NCBI GenBank assembly: GCA_965238175.1
Contig: CBDEGZ010000003.1
Coordinates: 192,001 to 256,000, forward strand
DNA length: 64,000 nt
Source: Gammaproteobacteria bacterium
GTDB lineage: Bacteria > Pseudomonadota > Gammaproteobacteria > CAJXQU01
Direction of reading: 5' to 3'
Positions 28,918 through 40,473 of this stretch are shown in pieces (position 1 is the first letter of the stretch; each line of letters starts with the position of its first letter). The notes beneath the pieces were generated by a model. It saw nothing but the letters and a program-made list of their open reading frames with translations, searched no databases and had not been told where the DNA came from. Both the position numbers and the translations under genes were made by a program.

Positions 28918-30177
28918 ATGAATAGTTTCAATTATAACAACGGCGAGTTGTTTGCCGAAAATGTCGCATTAAGCACGATAGCTGAAACACTCGGAACACC
29001 TTGCTATGTCTATTCTCGCAAGGAGATCGAAGACAACTGGCAGGGATATGATCAAGCATTGTCCGGACATGATCATCTGATTTGTTATGCGGTAAAGGCC
29101 AATTCGAATCTTGCCGTAATCAATCTACTCGCTCGTTTGGGTTCTGGTTTTGACATTGTTTCTGTTGGTGAGCTTGAACGTGTTATCCGTGCAGGCGGTG
29201 ATCCTGCAAAAGTCGTTTTTGCCGGAGTAGCAAAGCGCACGGATGAAATGCGTCGAGCACTTGAGGTTGGGATCCGTTGCTTTAATGTTGAGTCAGAACA
29301 AGAATTGGAACGACTCAACCAGGTAGCTGCCGAAATGGATCTGAAAGCACCGGTTTCTATCCGTGTGAACCCAGACGTTGATGCCAAAACACATCCTTAT
29401 ATTTCTACTGGACTTAAAGAAAATAAATTTGGCATAGCAATGGATCAAGCGCTAGCAGTCTACCAACGGGCAGCTCAAATGCAGAACATCAACATAATTG
29501 GTGCTGGTTGTCATATTGGTTCGCAGCTAACAGGAATGACGCCCTTTGTAGATGCTTTGCAGCGCCTGTTGAATTTGGTTGATCAGCTTGAAGCTGAAGG
29601 CATTGAACTCAAACAAATTGATATTGGTGGCGGACTTGGAATTTGTTATCAGGATGAAACACCACCAACTGCACAGGAATATGCCGATGCGATTTTGCCG
29701 CTACTTAGCGACCAAAAACAAACCCTATTAATCGAACCGGGGCGTTCTATTGTCGGAAATGCAGGTGTTTTATTGACAAAAGTTGAGTTCCTGAAATCGA
29801 ATGATGTTAAATCATTTGCAATTGTAGATGCAGCAATGAACGATTTGATGCGACCTTCTCTTTATGGAGCCTGGCAAGATATTCAACCGGTTTCGATCAA
29901 AAATGGAAAGGATCAAAAACCGGTTAAAAAATACGATATAGTTGGCCCAGTTTGTGAAACGGGTGATTTTCTAGGCCGAGATCGAGAATTGAGTCTGAGG
30001 ACAGATGATCTTTTAGTCATCAAATCCGCTGGTGCATATGGGTTCACAATGAGTTCTACCTATAATTCGCGTCCGCGTGTTGCAGAAGTGATGGTAGATG
30101 CCGATCAAACATATTTGATCAGACAACGAGAAACCATTGAGGAGCTCATGAATGGAGAAACTCAGTTACCCGATTAG
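28918..30177 (+). CDS. lysA: Diaminopimelate decarboxylase
   Basis: YAVKAN, HPYISTGL, HIGSQ, EPGR, GPVCETGD. Confidence 0.96.
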   Translation: MNSFNYNNGELFAENVALSTIAETLGTPCYVYSRKEIEDNWQGYDQALSGHDHLICYAVKANSNLAVINLLARLGSGFDIVSVGELERVIRAGGDPAKVVFAGVAKRTDEMRRALEVGIRCFNVESEQELERLNQVAAEMDLKAPVSIRVNPDVDAKTHPYISTGLKENKFGIAMDQALAVYQRAAQMQNINIIGAGCHIGSQLTGMTPFVDALQRLLNLVDQLEAEGIELKQIDIGGGLGICYQDETPPTAQEYADAILPLLSDQKQTLLIEPGRSIVGNAGVLLTKVEFLKSNDVKSFAIVDAAMNDLMRPSLYGAWQDIQPVSIKNGKDQKPVKKYDIVGPVCETGDFLGRDRELSLRTDDLLVIKSAGAYGFTMSSTYNSRPRVAEVMVDADQTYLIRQRETIEELMNGETQLPD

Positions 30178-30275
30178 ATAGCTTGTAGGCAGCGGCGTAT
30201 TATCTTGCTGATTTTTAAGCGGTATGGGACACTGTCTTGAGAAGCGCTCAATCCTTGTAGTACATAGCCTATGCA

Positions 30276-30390
30276 AGCACTACATTGGTGCGGAGCAAGC
30301 CTTAAGTGCACCATATTAGCGCACCTTATTTGGTCGAGCAATGCTATCTTATTGAAATAAAAAGAAAAACACTAATGGCATATGATTTGC
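30276..30390 (+). promoter_or_regulatory. NtrC-dependent sigma54 promoter of glnA
   Basis: NtrC boxes AGCACTACATTGGTGCG (30276) and TGCACCATATTAGCGCA (30307); IHF-like TATCTTATTGAAA (30345); -24/-12 TGGCATATGATTTGC (30376-30390). Confidence 0.85.
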
Positions 30391-30477
30391 TCTATTAGAT
30401 TGTTGTAAAGCTTTAGATCTTACAAAAAATTAAAATATCTATTGGTAAATAAAACACAATTAGCCGGAGGAGTGGCA

Positions 30478-31893
30478 ATGTCTGCACAAATTAAAAAAGT
30501 ACTTCAAATGATCAAGGACGAAGAGGTCAAATTCGTCGATTTCCGTTTCACAGACACTATTGGTAAAGAGCAACATGTGACCATGCCAGCTCATTCTATT
30601 GATGAAGATGATTTTGAAGAAGGTAAAATGTTCGATGGCTCTTCCATCGCAGGTTGGAAAGGAATAAACGAATCTGACATGATTCTTATGCCTGATCCTG
30701 ACACAGCTGTTCTTGATCCCTTCTTCGATGACACTACGCTGATTTTAGTATGTGATGTTATTGAACCTTCTACGGGTGAAGGTTATGAACGTGACCCACG
30801 TTCTGTTGCAAAACGCGCAGAAGCTTATCTTAAATCGTCTGGCATTGGTGATACTGCATTCTTCGGCCCTGAACCAGAGTTCTTTATTTTTGATGACGTT
30901 AAATGGAATGTCGGTATTAGTGGATGTTCAGTCAAAATTGATTCTGATGAAGCATGCTGGAACTCTGATAAAGTTTTTGAAGATGGTAATATTGGTCATC
31001 GACCTGGTGTTAAAGGCGGCTATTTCCCAGTTCCTCCAGTTGATTCATTGCAAGACATACGTTCAACAATGTGCTTGATCATGGAAGAAATGGGACTAGA
31101 AACAGAAGTACATCACCATGAAGTAGCAACGGCAGGCCAATGTGAAATTGGCACTGTTTTCAATACGTTAGTTAAACGAGCTGATCAAAACCAGATCTTG
31201 AAATATGTTGTTCACAATGTGGCTCACGGTTATGGGAAAACAGCGACGTTTATGCCTAAACCTATCGTTGGTGACAACGGTAGCGGAATGCATGTTCACC
31301 AATCTATCGCTAAGAAAGGTGAAAATCTTTTTGCTGGTAATGAATATGGTGGTTTGTCAAAAATGGCGCTTTATTACATCGGTGGAACTATTAAACACGC
31401 CCGTGCAATTAATGCCTTTGCAAATGCTTCGACTAATAGCTACAAACGCTTAGTGCCTGGTTTTGAAGCACCTGTTATGTTGGCTTATTCGGCTCGTAAC
31501 CGATCAGCTTCTATCCGTATTCCTTACGTTTCAAGCCCTAAAGGTCGCCGAATCGAAGTTCGTTTCCCTGATCCAACGGGTAACCCATATCTGACATTCA
31601 CCGCATTGATGATGGCAGGTCTTGATGGGATCAAAAATAAAATTGATCCAGGCGAAGCGATGGATAAGGATTTATACGATCTTCCCGCTGAAGAAGCGGC
31701 AGAAATCCCAACAGTTTGTTCTTCATTAAATCAAGCATTGGAAGCATTGGATGCTGATCGTGACTTCTTGAAAGAAGGTGGTGTTTTCACCGACGATACT
31801 ATTGATGCATATATTGAACTTAAAATGGAAGAAGTCACAGCAATGCGCATGACAACTCACCCAATTGAGTTTGATATGTATTACAGTTGTTAA
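30478..31893 (+). CDS. glnA: Glutamine synthetase type I
   Basis: [25 protein letters not shown], adenylylation-site DLYDLP; GGAGG RBS before ATG 30478. Confidence 0.97.
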   Translation: MSAQIKKVLQMIKDEEVKFVDFRFTDTIGKEQHVTMPAHSIDEDDFEEGKMFDGSSIAGWKGINESDMILMPDPDTAVLDPFFDDTTLILVCDVIEPSTGEGYERDPRSVAKRAEAYLKSSGIGDTAFFGPEPEFFIFDDVKWNVGISGCSVKIDSDEACWNSDKVFEDGNIGHRPGVKGGYFPVPPVDSLQDIRSTMCLIMEEMGLETEVHHHEVATAGQCEIGTVFNTLVKRADQNQILKYVVHNVAHGYGKTATFMPKPIVGDNGSGMHVHQSIAKKGENLFAGNEYGGLSKMALYYIGGTIKHARAINAFANASTNSYKRLVPGFEAPVMLAYSARNRSASIRIPYVSSPKGRRIEVRFPDPTGNPYLTFTALMMAGLDGIKNKIDPGEAMDKDLYDLPAEEAAEIPTVCSSLNQALEALDADRDFLKEGGVFTDDTIDAYIELKMEEVTAMRMTTHPIEFDMYYSC

Positions 31894-31958
31894 GAAAAAC
31901 CATTCACAATAATCTGGTCTGGTTATTGCTTAATCATCTATGAGGCGATCTGAGCCTG

Positions 31959-31990
31959 AGTGGATATTGGTCATTTGATCAATATCCACT
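31959..31990. terminator. Stem-loop downstream of glnA
   Basis: AGTGGATATTG...CAATATCCACT 11-bp inverted repeat; no clear U-tract. Confidence 0.5.
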
Positions 31991-32091
31991 GAATCAGCCT
32001 AAGAACTTCTTTGTATAGAGATTTCTTAAGTTCCTATTCATAATTGCTGTTATATACTTTAAGTTCGATTGTAATTGGATACTATTGCTTC

Positions 32092-32664
32092 ATGCGTAAA
32101 TTCATCGTTACTTTATTACTTATTGTTCCTGTGGGGACACAAGCTGCTATTTACAAGTCCATAGATGCAAACGGTAACGTGAGTTTTTCGGATGAAAAAC
32201 CAAGTTCAAATGCTAAGGAAGTAGAAGAAATAAAAATTGATCCGTCCGTATTGAAGCCACCACCTGCAAAAAGTCGTACTACGATTAAACTTAGACCTCC
32301 TGAAGTACAAGCCCCTACAGAGGAGAATCAAAGAACAAATTATGATGAGTTACGTATTACGAGCCCCAAAAATAATGAAACTGTGCGGGCAAATAATGGA
32401 GACTTAAATGTCAATATTTCTATCGAACCCAAACTAAGAGAACAGCTGGGGCACAAGGTTGTTCTTTCCCTGAATGGGAAACCAGTTTCTGAACCACGCT
32501 CTACCACCAGTTTCGCTCTACATGGTTTGGATAGAGGCAAACACACGCTTTCAGTTAAAATAGTGGCTAAAAATGGTAAAACTGTAAAAAAAGCCACACC
32601 TGTCACTGTATATTTGAAGCGTTATTCAAAATTACTTAATTCACGACCACCAGCAACCCCTTAA
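32092..32664 (+). CDS. Secreted DUF4124-domain protein with C-terminal Ig-like domain
   Basis: Signal peptide then IYKSIDANGNVSFSDEKP; ITSP.NNET.RAN.G...RGKHTL; usual neighbour of glnA. Confidence 0.8.
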   Translation: MRKFIVTLLLIVPVGTQAAIYKSIDANGNVSFSDEKPSSNAKEVEEIKIDPSVLKPPPAKSRTTIKLRPPEVQAPTEENQRTNYDELRITSPKNNETVRANNGDLNVNISIEPKLREQLGHKVVLSLNGKPVSEPRSTTSFALHGLDRGKHTLSVKIVAKNGKTVKKATPVTVYLKRYSKLLNSRPPATP

Positions 32665-32829
32665 TTTTTCTATAGCTAAGTAGCCCAGGTTAGAAACTTG
32701 TTTCTTATCCTAATTGTTTCCATTTATAGTAGGATTAAAAAACATTGTGGCTTTAATATAATTTCACAGTGCGTCATACTATTGACATTGCATAGTCCCT
32801 AAATAATTATTTGTAGGGGGATAATTCAA

Positions 32830-33375
32830 TTGAAGACAACAACAAAAACTACGTCCATCTTATTAATATTGCTTTTCACTTGCATTGCTTCAGGTTGTCA
32901 GATGTTGACGATTTTTGATCAGGAACTTGCAACTAACGACCTCGTATCAAATACCACTCCAGAAACTACCCCTGAAGCGACTGATGTTAGGAAATTAACC
33001 CGTGAGCTTCCGGTTATTTTTTTTGCGTCAGGTAGTACCCAATTGAGTAATGAAGCACGAAAGCAGATCCGTAATATTGCACCACTGTTCAATCATCCAG
33101 ATATCATTGATCAGACTCTAACCATTACAGGTCACTCAGATACCGCTGGAGGTGTGGATACAAACCTGGCCTTATCTGCTAAAAGAGCTGAGTCAGTTAG
33201 CCGTGAATTAATCTTAAACGGTATACGCAATGAGCGCTTAGTTATTCAGGCCTTAGGCGAAAAACGACCTCAAGCTAAAGAAATATTAGAAGATGGTGAG
33301 TTTGATCCACAGGCCGCTGATAAAAATCGTCGAGTAGAGATCTACCTTGGTACAATACATTCAGAAGATGAGTAA
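32830..33375 (+). CDS. OmpA-family peptidoglycan-binding lipoprotein
   Basis: Lipobox IASGC; IFFASGS, ITGHSD, NLALSAKRA, NRRVEI. Confidence 0.85.
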   Translation: MKTTTKTTSILLILLFTCIASGCQMLTIFDQELATNDLVSNTTPETTPEATDVRKLTRELPVIFFASGSTQLSNEARKQIRNIAPLFNHPDIIDQTLTITGHSDTAGGVDTNLALSAKRAESVSRELILNGIRNERLVIQALGEKRPQAKEILEDGEFDPQAADKNRRVEIYLGTIHSEDE

Positions 33376-33390
33376 TTAACAAAATTAAGC

Positions 33391-35892
33391 ATGTATCGAA
33401 ATTTCTTTAATCTACAAGAAAAACCTTTCAAACTAACGGCTTCACCGGAGGTATTCCACGACAATCAAGGAATCACTCCTGCTTATAAGAAATTGATCAA
33501 AGCCATCCACTCCGAACAAAGATTGATTTTACTTTCAGGTCAAACGGGCACGGGTAAAACGTTGTGTGCAGAAAAATTAAAGATCGATTTAAAAGGTGAT
33601 CCCTATTTTGAATGTATTGCAATTCCTTTTACTTCCCTGCCACTTGACGAAATACTTGGTTACATTTGCAATAATCTGAACCTTCATTTTGGTTTAGGCC
33701 AAGATATCGACAAGCTGGAAATTCTTGATCGTTTTCTCACACACGGACACTCTCCAATACGCTCAGTCATCATCTTAATCGACGAAGCACAAAATCTATC
33801 TCATACCATTTTGACTGGACTGGTCGAACTTGTAAAACTCGGTGTACGCTCAAAACGTAACATCCAAATTGTGGTGATGGCTCGCAATGAAACCGATCTG
33901 AATTTACATCACTCTCGCATGGCTGAATTTAATCAACATTTATCAGTAAAGTGTCAGTTAGAACCTCTCACTTTCGAAGAAACCGACTCCTATATTAAAT
34001 ATCATCTTGATATGGCTGGCGCTACAGACAACGGTTTTTTCACCAAGGAAGCCACCGCAAAAGTTTTTGAACTGACTCAGGGTCGAGCACGAGCCATTAA
34101 TGTTCTTTGTGATCACATCCTTAATACCGCCGCTCACGAAAAAGCAACCATCATTACGCCCCAACATGTATTTCAGTCTCACAACCAACAAAAGTTTGAT
34201 GACACAATTGAAATGGATAGTTCACTTATTTCAGATGCTATTAAGGAATATGTATACGAAGAAAATCAAGTCTTACAAAAAGAGTCGTATATCTCCACAA
34301 AACCAGAGATCTCAAATGAGCCTGATACAAAAGATCACTCTTTTTCTGAAATTGAACTTGAAGATACCGTTGAACCTTTGATCACAAAGCTAAATACACT
34401 AGAAAACACTCACCCAACCAAATCTGTATCTAATCAATCTCTACCATCTGTAGAAGATGAAACAATAGAATTTGGAAGTACTATTATTCATACAAATAAT
34501 GAACAACTGAAATCGAACACACGTAGTAAATTCAACATACCATTGTGGGGATTAATATCACTGCTTTTAATCGCAGGACTACTCTATCAAGTAAATCAAC
34601 ATAAGATTTTACCTTATTTAGAAAGCAGACAAATGGACCATGAAACTCTGCCACTAACAGTAGAACCTGTCATCCAACTTGCAGAAAAAATTGATCTGCC
34701 CGATGAAATTAATCTTCAAACGGAAATTGACACCCCAATAATCGACGAAAAGACCTCAAGAACCACTTATCCTCCAGAACAAAATTTCCCTGAATCTAAT
34801 CGCACGATTAAAGAAAATACACTCAGCGAAAATCAAACTCTAACTGAAATTGTGCAAAAAGACCTAATGCCTGCGACAATAATTATTGAATCGTCTGAAG
34901 AAAAAAATTCAGTTACCGAGATCGAGTTTTTATTAAAAAAAGCTAAAGTTCAAATAGCCAGTTTAAAACTTACAGTACCAAAAGATGATAATGCCTACGC
35001 AAGCTATAAGTCGATTTTACAAAAGGATCCTGAGAATGAACAAGCCAATCAAGGTATTGAAGATCTCAAACAAATGTTCATTGAATGGGCAAAAAACAAC
35101 GTCAAAAAAAACCAATTTGATCGCGCTCGCCATTATTATCGAAAAGCATTGATCGTCGATCCACAAGATCAAGAAACACTACAAGCACTCTCCGAGCTTG
35201 AGAACAAAATCGGGGATACAGATAACATTGAATTTAAAGCTGGACTGTTAGGTCTCGCAGAAAAAGCCAACTTAGAAGAGATACAAATGCTTCTGAACAA
35301 AGGTGCGTTTCCAGAAGTACAAGATCAAAAAGGTAATACGCCACTAATGCTGGCTACCGAACGTGGTCATGTCGAAGTGATCGAAACATTATTAAACAAT
35401 GGAGCTAATCCCAACATCAAAAACAACTCCGGTGACACTGCACTAATGAATGCGGTGTGGAATGCACACGCTGAAATTGTTGATCTTTTGATCAATAAAC
35501 AAGCAAATATTGATACCGCAAACAAACGTGGATGGACGGCTTTAATGTATGCTGCAGTACAGGGCCATATAGAAATACTAGAACGGTTGACTCTTATGCG
35601 AGCGAATTTAGAATCAGAAACTGATGATCAAAAAACTGCACTTGCCATCGCTGCCTACAACGGACAATATGAAATTGTCAAAGCACTATTAAAAAGTGGT
35701 GCACAAATAGATACACAAGATATATCTGGCTGGACACCTTTAATGTCTGCGGCCTGGAATGGTTATAAACCGATTGTGATTATGCTTTTAGAACATGGCG
35801 CAGATAAATCTATCGCCACCCCTGAAGGTGACAATGCTTTTGAGTTAGCCTCGGAACAGAGCCACTACTCCATTATGACGTTACTAAAATAG
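33391..35892 (+). CDS. ExeA-like AAA ATPase with TM segment, TPR-like region and ankyrin repeats
   Basis: Y..FF.L.EKPF start, Walker A GQTGTGKT, Walker B ILIDEAQNL, TM IPLWGLISLLLIAGLLY, then about 6 G.T(P/A)LM.A ankyrin repeats. Confidence 0.8.
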   Translation: MYRNFFNLQEKPFKLTASPEVFHDNQGITPAYKKLIKAIHSEQRLILLSGQTGTGKTLCAEKLKIDLKGDPYFECIAIPFTSLPLDEILGYICNNLNLHFGLGQDIDKLEILDRFLTHGHSPIRSVIILIDEAQNLSHTILTGLVELVKLGVRSKRNIQIVVMARNETDLNLHHSRMAEFNQHLSVKCQLEPLTFEETDSYIKYHLDMAGATDNGFFTKEATAKVFELTQGRARAINVLCDHILNTAAHEKATIITPQHVFQSHNQQKFDDTIEMDSSLISDAIKEYVYEENQVLQKESYISTKPEISNEPDTKDHSFSEIELEDTVEPLITKLNTLENTHPTKSVSNQSLPSVEDETIEFGSTIIHTNNEQLKSNTRSKFNIPLWGLISLLLIAGLLYQVNQHKILPYLESRQMDHETLPLTVEPVIQLAEKIDLPDEINLQTEIDTPIIDEKTSRTTYPPEQNFPESNRTIKENTLSENQTLTEIVQKDLMPATIIIESSEEKNSVTEIEFLLKKAKVQIASLKLTVPKDDNAYASYKSILQKDPENEQANQGIEDLKQMFIEWAKNNVKKNQFDRARHYYRKALIVDPQDQETLQALSELENKIGDTDNIEFKAGLLGLAEKANLEEIQMLLNKGAFPEVQDQKGNTPLMLATERGHVEVIETLLNNGANPNIKNNSGDTALMNAVWNAHAEIVDLLINKQANIDTANKRGWTALMYAAVQGHIEILERLTLMRANLESETDDQKTALAIAAYNGQYEIVKALLKSGAQIDTQDISGWTPLMSAAWNGYKPIVIMLLEHGADKSIATPEGDNAFELASEQSHYSIMTLLK

Positions 35893-36080
35893 TGATTTTC
35901 AGTCAAAACAATTCCATATCATCAAAGTCTAATTAACCTGTGAATCTACAAACAAAACAAAAAGTGGAAATGTTAATTTATACTTCTCAATAAAAACACG
36001 AAATGAATTCCATCTGAAAGTTCCATCGCCCTTACAAACAGCAAACATGCTTAACTGCTTTGAATATCTAATACTAAATA

Positions 36081-36400
36081 GGCGCCCCTGAAAAACAAAC
36101 TAACTCATTGAATATGTTGTCAAAGACTCAGTAACAAGATGACCCAATCGACCAGAGATAGTAAAATGTAAGCTCGTTCTCTGGTCGAAATGGTGAATAA
36201 ATGCTGACCAAAAACCGTACCAGTGGTTTTCAACCGAATTTGTTTGGGAATAGACTTACTTAAACAACTAGCTCCCTCTACCCCTTCACTAGCGCTATCC
36301 GCTCGCATTCCCTGGTATGACTTTGAAAAAAACAAATTCAAGCTCCCCTTTGAGGAAATCCCAGTACTCGCTTTGATGTGCCGATCAGTCCTCTGTTTCG
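36081..36400 (+). pseudogene. Degenerate IS5-family transposase N-terminal fragment
   Basis: DLLKQLAPSTPSLALSARIPWYDFEK resembles the IS5-type N-terminus (L..LA..I.W..FE); reading frame is lost afterwards. Boundaries approximate. Confidence 0.5.
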
Positions 36401-36439
36401 CTGGCATCAAAACGAATACCTTGTACAAAACGAGGCAAA

Positions 36440-36915
36440 GCAGCCACAAAAATTGATATGGCGACGCTATTAAACGAATATCCCGATGATTATCAATGGG
36501 AGCGCGGTCAACACCTAGAGGTGAGGAAACTCGCCATTTATTATGCGCTCAACCAGCTCAAAAACCGTTATAAAAAAACGCTATCCCATCCAAAATCAGA
36601 TGAATACCCGTCATGCTTTTCAACATCGGAGCGCTCGCTACGAAGCCATCGGTAAAAAAGTCTTTGCCTTGATAAAGGTGGTTTTGCCCAGTGCATGCCA
36701 CGAACCCATGGTGATGCCGCTAAAGGGTTACGTTGTTATGGAAAACAAAACTGCCAGGCGAAAGGAAGAGTGAATGTGATAGGCCCGATTAGTCGTATGA
36801 CTTATTTAATGTTAAGTGTGTTTCCGTGCAACATTAATGCGGACATATTTTCTGCCTGGGTAACTCAAAATTTGCTGCCTAAGTTATCTAAGCAAAATGA
36901 ATAGTAGATTTATAC
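36440..36915 (+). pseudogene. Degenerate IS630-family transposase
   Basis: Fragments YPDDYQWER...YALNQL...YKKTLSHPK and MPRTHG...GLRCYG...AKGRVNVIG...INADIFSAWVTQNLLPKL in different frames; truncated. Confidence 0.7.
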
Positions 36916-37027
36916 TAGATGCTCAAAACATTAGTTTGTATGGCATATGAGCACTAACAATGGTCACGAACTCCATAGTAGAATGTGAGATAAACAAGTT
37001 TTTGATTAGTAAAGTGACTAAATATTA

Positions 37028-38284
37028 ATGGATATAAAAGAATACATGCAGGATCTTGGGCAAAGTGCGCGAACGGCTTCCCGAGCGATGGCAAAAGCTG
37101 ACAGCAATGCGAAAAATGCTGCATTACTGGCGATTGCTGAAATTATTGAACAGCGTAAAGACACTTTGATCAGTGAGAACAAGAAAGATCTTAAAGCGGG
37201 TAAAGAGAGAAATTTGGACTCTGCAATGTTAGATCGGCTTGAATTGAATAATACTCGTATTGCATCAATGGCCGAAGGTTTACGGCAAGTAGCAGCGTTG
37301 GATGATCCTATTGGTGCGATCACCGATATGAAATATCGTCCTTCCGGTATCCAGGTTGGAAAAATGCGCGTGCCTTTAGGTGTCGTTGGGATCATTTATG
37401 AGTCGCGTCCGAATGTGACGGCCGATGCTGCTGCTCTTGCGTTGAAATCGGGTAATGCAACGATCTTGCGTGGTGGTTCTGAGGCGATAAAATCGAATCA
37501 GGCAATTGCGGTTTGCGTCAAAGAAGGCTTGAAAAAAGCCGGTTTGCCGCAAGATGCTGTACAGGTGATCGAAACCACAGATCGAGCAGCTGTGGGTGAA
37601 ATGTTGGCGATGAACGAATTTGTTGATGTCATTATTCCGCGTGGAGGTAAAGGCTTGATCGAACGAATTAGCAAAGAAGCAACCATGCCCGTGATCAAAC
37701 ATCTGGATGGTATTTGTCACGTTTATATAGATGACAAAGCGTGTATGGAAAAAGCGATCAATATTGCTTTTAATGCAAAAACACATCGATATGGTGTGTG
37801 TAATGCGATGGAAACATTGCTAATAGCCGAATCCGTGGCGAATAAAATTTTGTTGCAACTGGCGCCGCTTTATATCGAAAAAAGCGTTGAGTTACGCGGT
37901 TGTGCCGCAACGATGGCGATTGTGTCAGATATTACAGAGGCGACAGAAGAAGACTGGCAAACCGAATATCTCGCACCGATTCTTTCTATCCGAATTGTAA
38001 AAGATGTTAATGCCGCGATTGATCATATTAACCACTATAGTTCGCAACATACCGACACGATCGTCACAGAAGACTACACGATTGCCCGTCGTTTCTTGCG
38101 GGAAGTGGATTCCAGTTCTGTAATGATTAATGCTTCTACGCGTTTCGCTGATGGTTTTGAATATGGTTTGGGAGCGGAAATTGGGATCAGTACGGATAAG
38201 TTTCATGCACGTGGACCAGTCGGTTTAGAAGGACTCACTTCACAGAAATATATTGTGTTTGGTGATGGTGAAATCCGAACCTAG
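37028..38284 (+). CDS. proA: Gamma-glutamyl phosphate reductase
   Basis: [47 protein letters not shown]. Confidence 0.97.
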   Translation: MDIKEYMQDLGQSARTASRAMAKADSNAKNAALLAIAEIIEQRKDTLISENKKDLKAGKERNLDSAMLDRLELNNTRIASMAEGLRQVAALDDPIGAITDMKYRPSGIQVGKMRVPLGVVGIIYESRPNVTADAAALALKSGNATILRGGSEAIKSNQAIAVCVKEGLKKAGLPQDAVQVIETTDRAAVGEMLAMNEFVDVIIPRGGKGLIERISKEATMPVIKHLDGICHVYIDDKACMEKAINIAFNAKTHRYGVCNAMETLLIAESVANKILLQLAPLYIEKSVELRGCAATMAIVSDITEATEEDWQTEYLAPILSIRIVKDVNAAIDHINHYSSQHTDTIVTEDYTIARRFLREVDSSSVMINASTRFADGFEYGLGAEIGISTDKFHARGPVGLEGLTSQKYIVFGDGEIRT

Positions 38285-38306
38285 TTTGAGAGTTATTCAG
38301 AATTCG

Positions 38307-38939
38307 ATGAAGCCAGTCGCAATTTTTGGTGGGACATTTAATCCAGTTCATAATGGACATTTGCGTGCGGCCTTAGAGATCAAAGAGACGCTCGATCTAT
38401 CAGCAGTTCATATGATCCCATTGTTTGCACCACCTCATCGAGAGCCTCCAGAAGTGAGTGCAGATCTTCGATTAGTCATGCTTGAAGCGGCAACATCTGA
38501 TAATGCTGATCTGATTGCAGATGATCGGGAGATCCGACGCAGTGGGATTTCATACACTGTCGATACGTTGCGTGAATTACGTGAAGAACTGGGTTCTAAT
38601 CCTTTGTGTATGATTTTAGGAACAGATGCATTTTCTCATTTGCACACTTGGCGTAATTGGGAAGAATTGATCGAGCTGGCTCATATCATTGTTGTACATC
38701 GACCAGGGACAGATCTGTCGAAAAATGTACCTGCGAATGAGCTGTTAGAAAAGCTGCAAACTGACAAAATTAAACATCTACACAATTCACCTTCGGGCTG
38801 TTTTATGTCGATCTCGATCCCGATGTTAGAGATTTCCTCGACACAGATAAGATCAATGTTGCACAATGACCGAAATCCGAGATATTTATTACCAGAGTCG
38901 GTCCGAAAAGTCATCATGGAAAAAAAGTTGTATCAATAA
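38307..38939 (+). CDS. nadD: Nicotinate-nucleotide adenylyltransferase
   Basis: FGGTFNPVHNGH, SYTVDTL, ISSTQIR; start at MKPVAIF. Confidence 0.94.
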   Translation: MKPVAIFGGTFNPVHNGHLRAALEIKETLDLSAVHMIPLFAPPHREPPEVSADLRLVMLEAATSDNADLIADDREIRRSGISYTVDTLRELREELGSNPLCMILGTDAFSHLHTWRNWEELIELAHIIVVHRPGTDLSKNVPANELLEKLQTDKIKHLHNSPSGCFMSISIPMLEISSTQIRSMLHNDRNPRYLLPESVRKVIMEKKLYQ

Positions 38940-39286
38940 TGGAAATAGAAAAACTTAAAAAAATCGTCATCGAAGCACTGGAAGATATTAAGGCTGAAGA
39001 CATTCAGGTTTTAGATGTAAGTGAGATAACCTCTATCGCAGACTATATGATTGTCGCCTCTGGTAATTCTACTCGACAGGTGAAAGCTTTGGCCCATAAT
39101 GTTGTCGAAGAAGCCAAGAAAAATGGTGTGCAGCCAATCGGAACCGAGGGTGAAGAAAAGGCAGAATGGGTATTAGTTGATCTCGGTGATATTATTATCC
39201 ACGTTCTAAAACCTGAAACGCGGGAGTTTTATCAGCTAGAAAAACTCTGGGCACCGCAAGTGGATCAAGTTCAATCTCAAGAGTAA
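38939..39286 (+). CDS. rsfS: Ribosome silencing factor
   Basis: LEDIKAEDI, WVLVDLGDIIIH, REFYQLEKLW. Confidence 0.95.
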   Translation: MEIEKLKKIVIEALEDIKAEDIQVLDVSEITSIADYMIVASGNSTRQVKALAHNVVEEAKKNGVQPIGTEGEEKAEWVLVDLGDIIIHVLKPETREFYQLEKLWAPQVDQVQSQE

Positions 39287-39298
39287 GTTAAAACCAGT

Positions 39299-39769
39299 AT
39301 GCAAATACAGCTACTGGCAATTGGGAAACGGATGCCAGATTGGATCGGGATGGGATATAAAGAATACGCAAACCGTCTTAAATCAACATTACCTCTCAAC
39401 TTGATTGAGATTGCCACCACTCGAAAATCAAATTCACAAGATAGTAAAACCGTCATTCGTGGAGAAGGTGAAAAGTTACTGGCAACTATTCCTGAAAAAG
39501 CCTGGGTTGTCGCGCTTGATGAACATGGCAAGCAGTGGAGCAGCAAAGAACTCGCAGAACAAATGGAAAAATGGGCCGATCATTCCTCACAAATCGCCCT
39601 TTTGATCGGTGGTGCAGACGGTTTAGATAAAGCTTGTCTAGATCGAGCAGATCAAATTTGGTCTTTATCAGCATTGACCTTACCGCATGCGTTAGTGCGT
39701 GTTGTCGTAGCTGAACAGATTTACCGCGCTTGGAGCCTTAATAGTAACCATCCATATCATCGATCATGA
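39299..39769 (+). CDS. rlmH: 23S rRNA (pseudouridine-1915-N3) methyltransferase
   Basis: IGGADG, WSLSALTLPH, EQIYRA, HPYHR. Confidence 0.96.
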   Translation: MQIQLLAIGKRMPDWIGMGYKEYANRLKSTLPLNLIEIATTRKSNSQDSKTVIRGEGEKLLATIPEKAWVVALDEHGKQWSSKELAEQMEKWADHSSQIALLIGGADGLDKACLDRADQIWSLSALTLPHALVRVVVAEQIYRAWSLNSNHPYHRS

Positions 39770-40335
39770 AGCTTTACCTCGCATCACAATCTCCCCGTCG
39801 TCGTGAATTGCTTGATCAAATTGATGTGAGTTATGAATGCCTGGATGTTGATATCAATGAAGATTGGGATGGTAAAGAACAAGCACGAGACTATGTGGCG
39901 AGACTCGCGCTAGAAAAAGCACAGACGGGTTACAAGTTATTGGAAGACAAAACTGATTGTGTGGTGTTGGGTGCAGATACATCCGTTGTCTTGGATGATG
40001 ATATTCTCGGTAAAGCTACAAACCGGCAAGAAGTTTATAAGATGTTGTCTCGACTCTCTGGTCGCGTTCATTATGTATACACTGGTGTTGCTTTAGTAGG
40101 TTTCGAAAAGGAGGTTCTTGTTAATCTGAATAGAGTAACTTTCCGGCCATTATCTCAGAATGAATTAGAGAGCTATGCTGCTTCGAACGAACCGCTTGGA
40201 AAAGCAGGTGGTTACGCAATTCAAGGAATGGCTGCAAAATTTATAGAACGCATTGAAGGAAGTTATTCTGGTATTATGGGGTTACCATTGTTTGATGTTG
40301 CCGTTTTATTAAAAGGGAAAGCAATAATTTATTAA
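39766..40335 (+). CDS. maf: Maf-family nucleotide pyrophosphatase (YhdE-like)
   Basis: LASQSPRRRELL, GADT.V, KAGGYAIQG, GLPL. Confidence 0.93.
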   Translation: MKLYLASQSPRRRELLDQIDVSYECLDVDINEDWDGKEQARDYVARLALEKAQTGYKLLEDKTDCVVLGADTSVVLDDDILGKATNRQEVYKMLSRLSGRVHYVYTGVALVGFEKEVLVNLNRVTFRPLSQNELESYAASNEPLGKAGGYAIQGMAAKFIERIEGSYSGIMGLPLFDVAVLLKGKAIIY

Positions 40336-40473
40336 CTATTTATTATCGCTTTTCAAGAAAAACTTTAAGATCGAACTTGTTAAGTAGTTCATAGAAATGT
40401 AATAAATTTGACATTAGAACGACATACAAGTAGGTCAGAATATATTGTGTTTTGAAATATCAGGAGTTTAATT

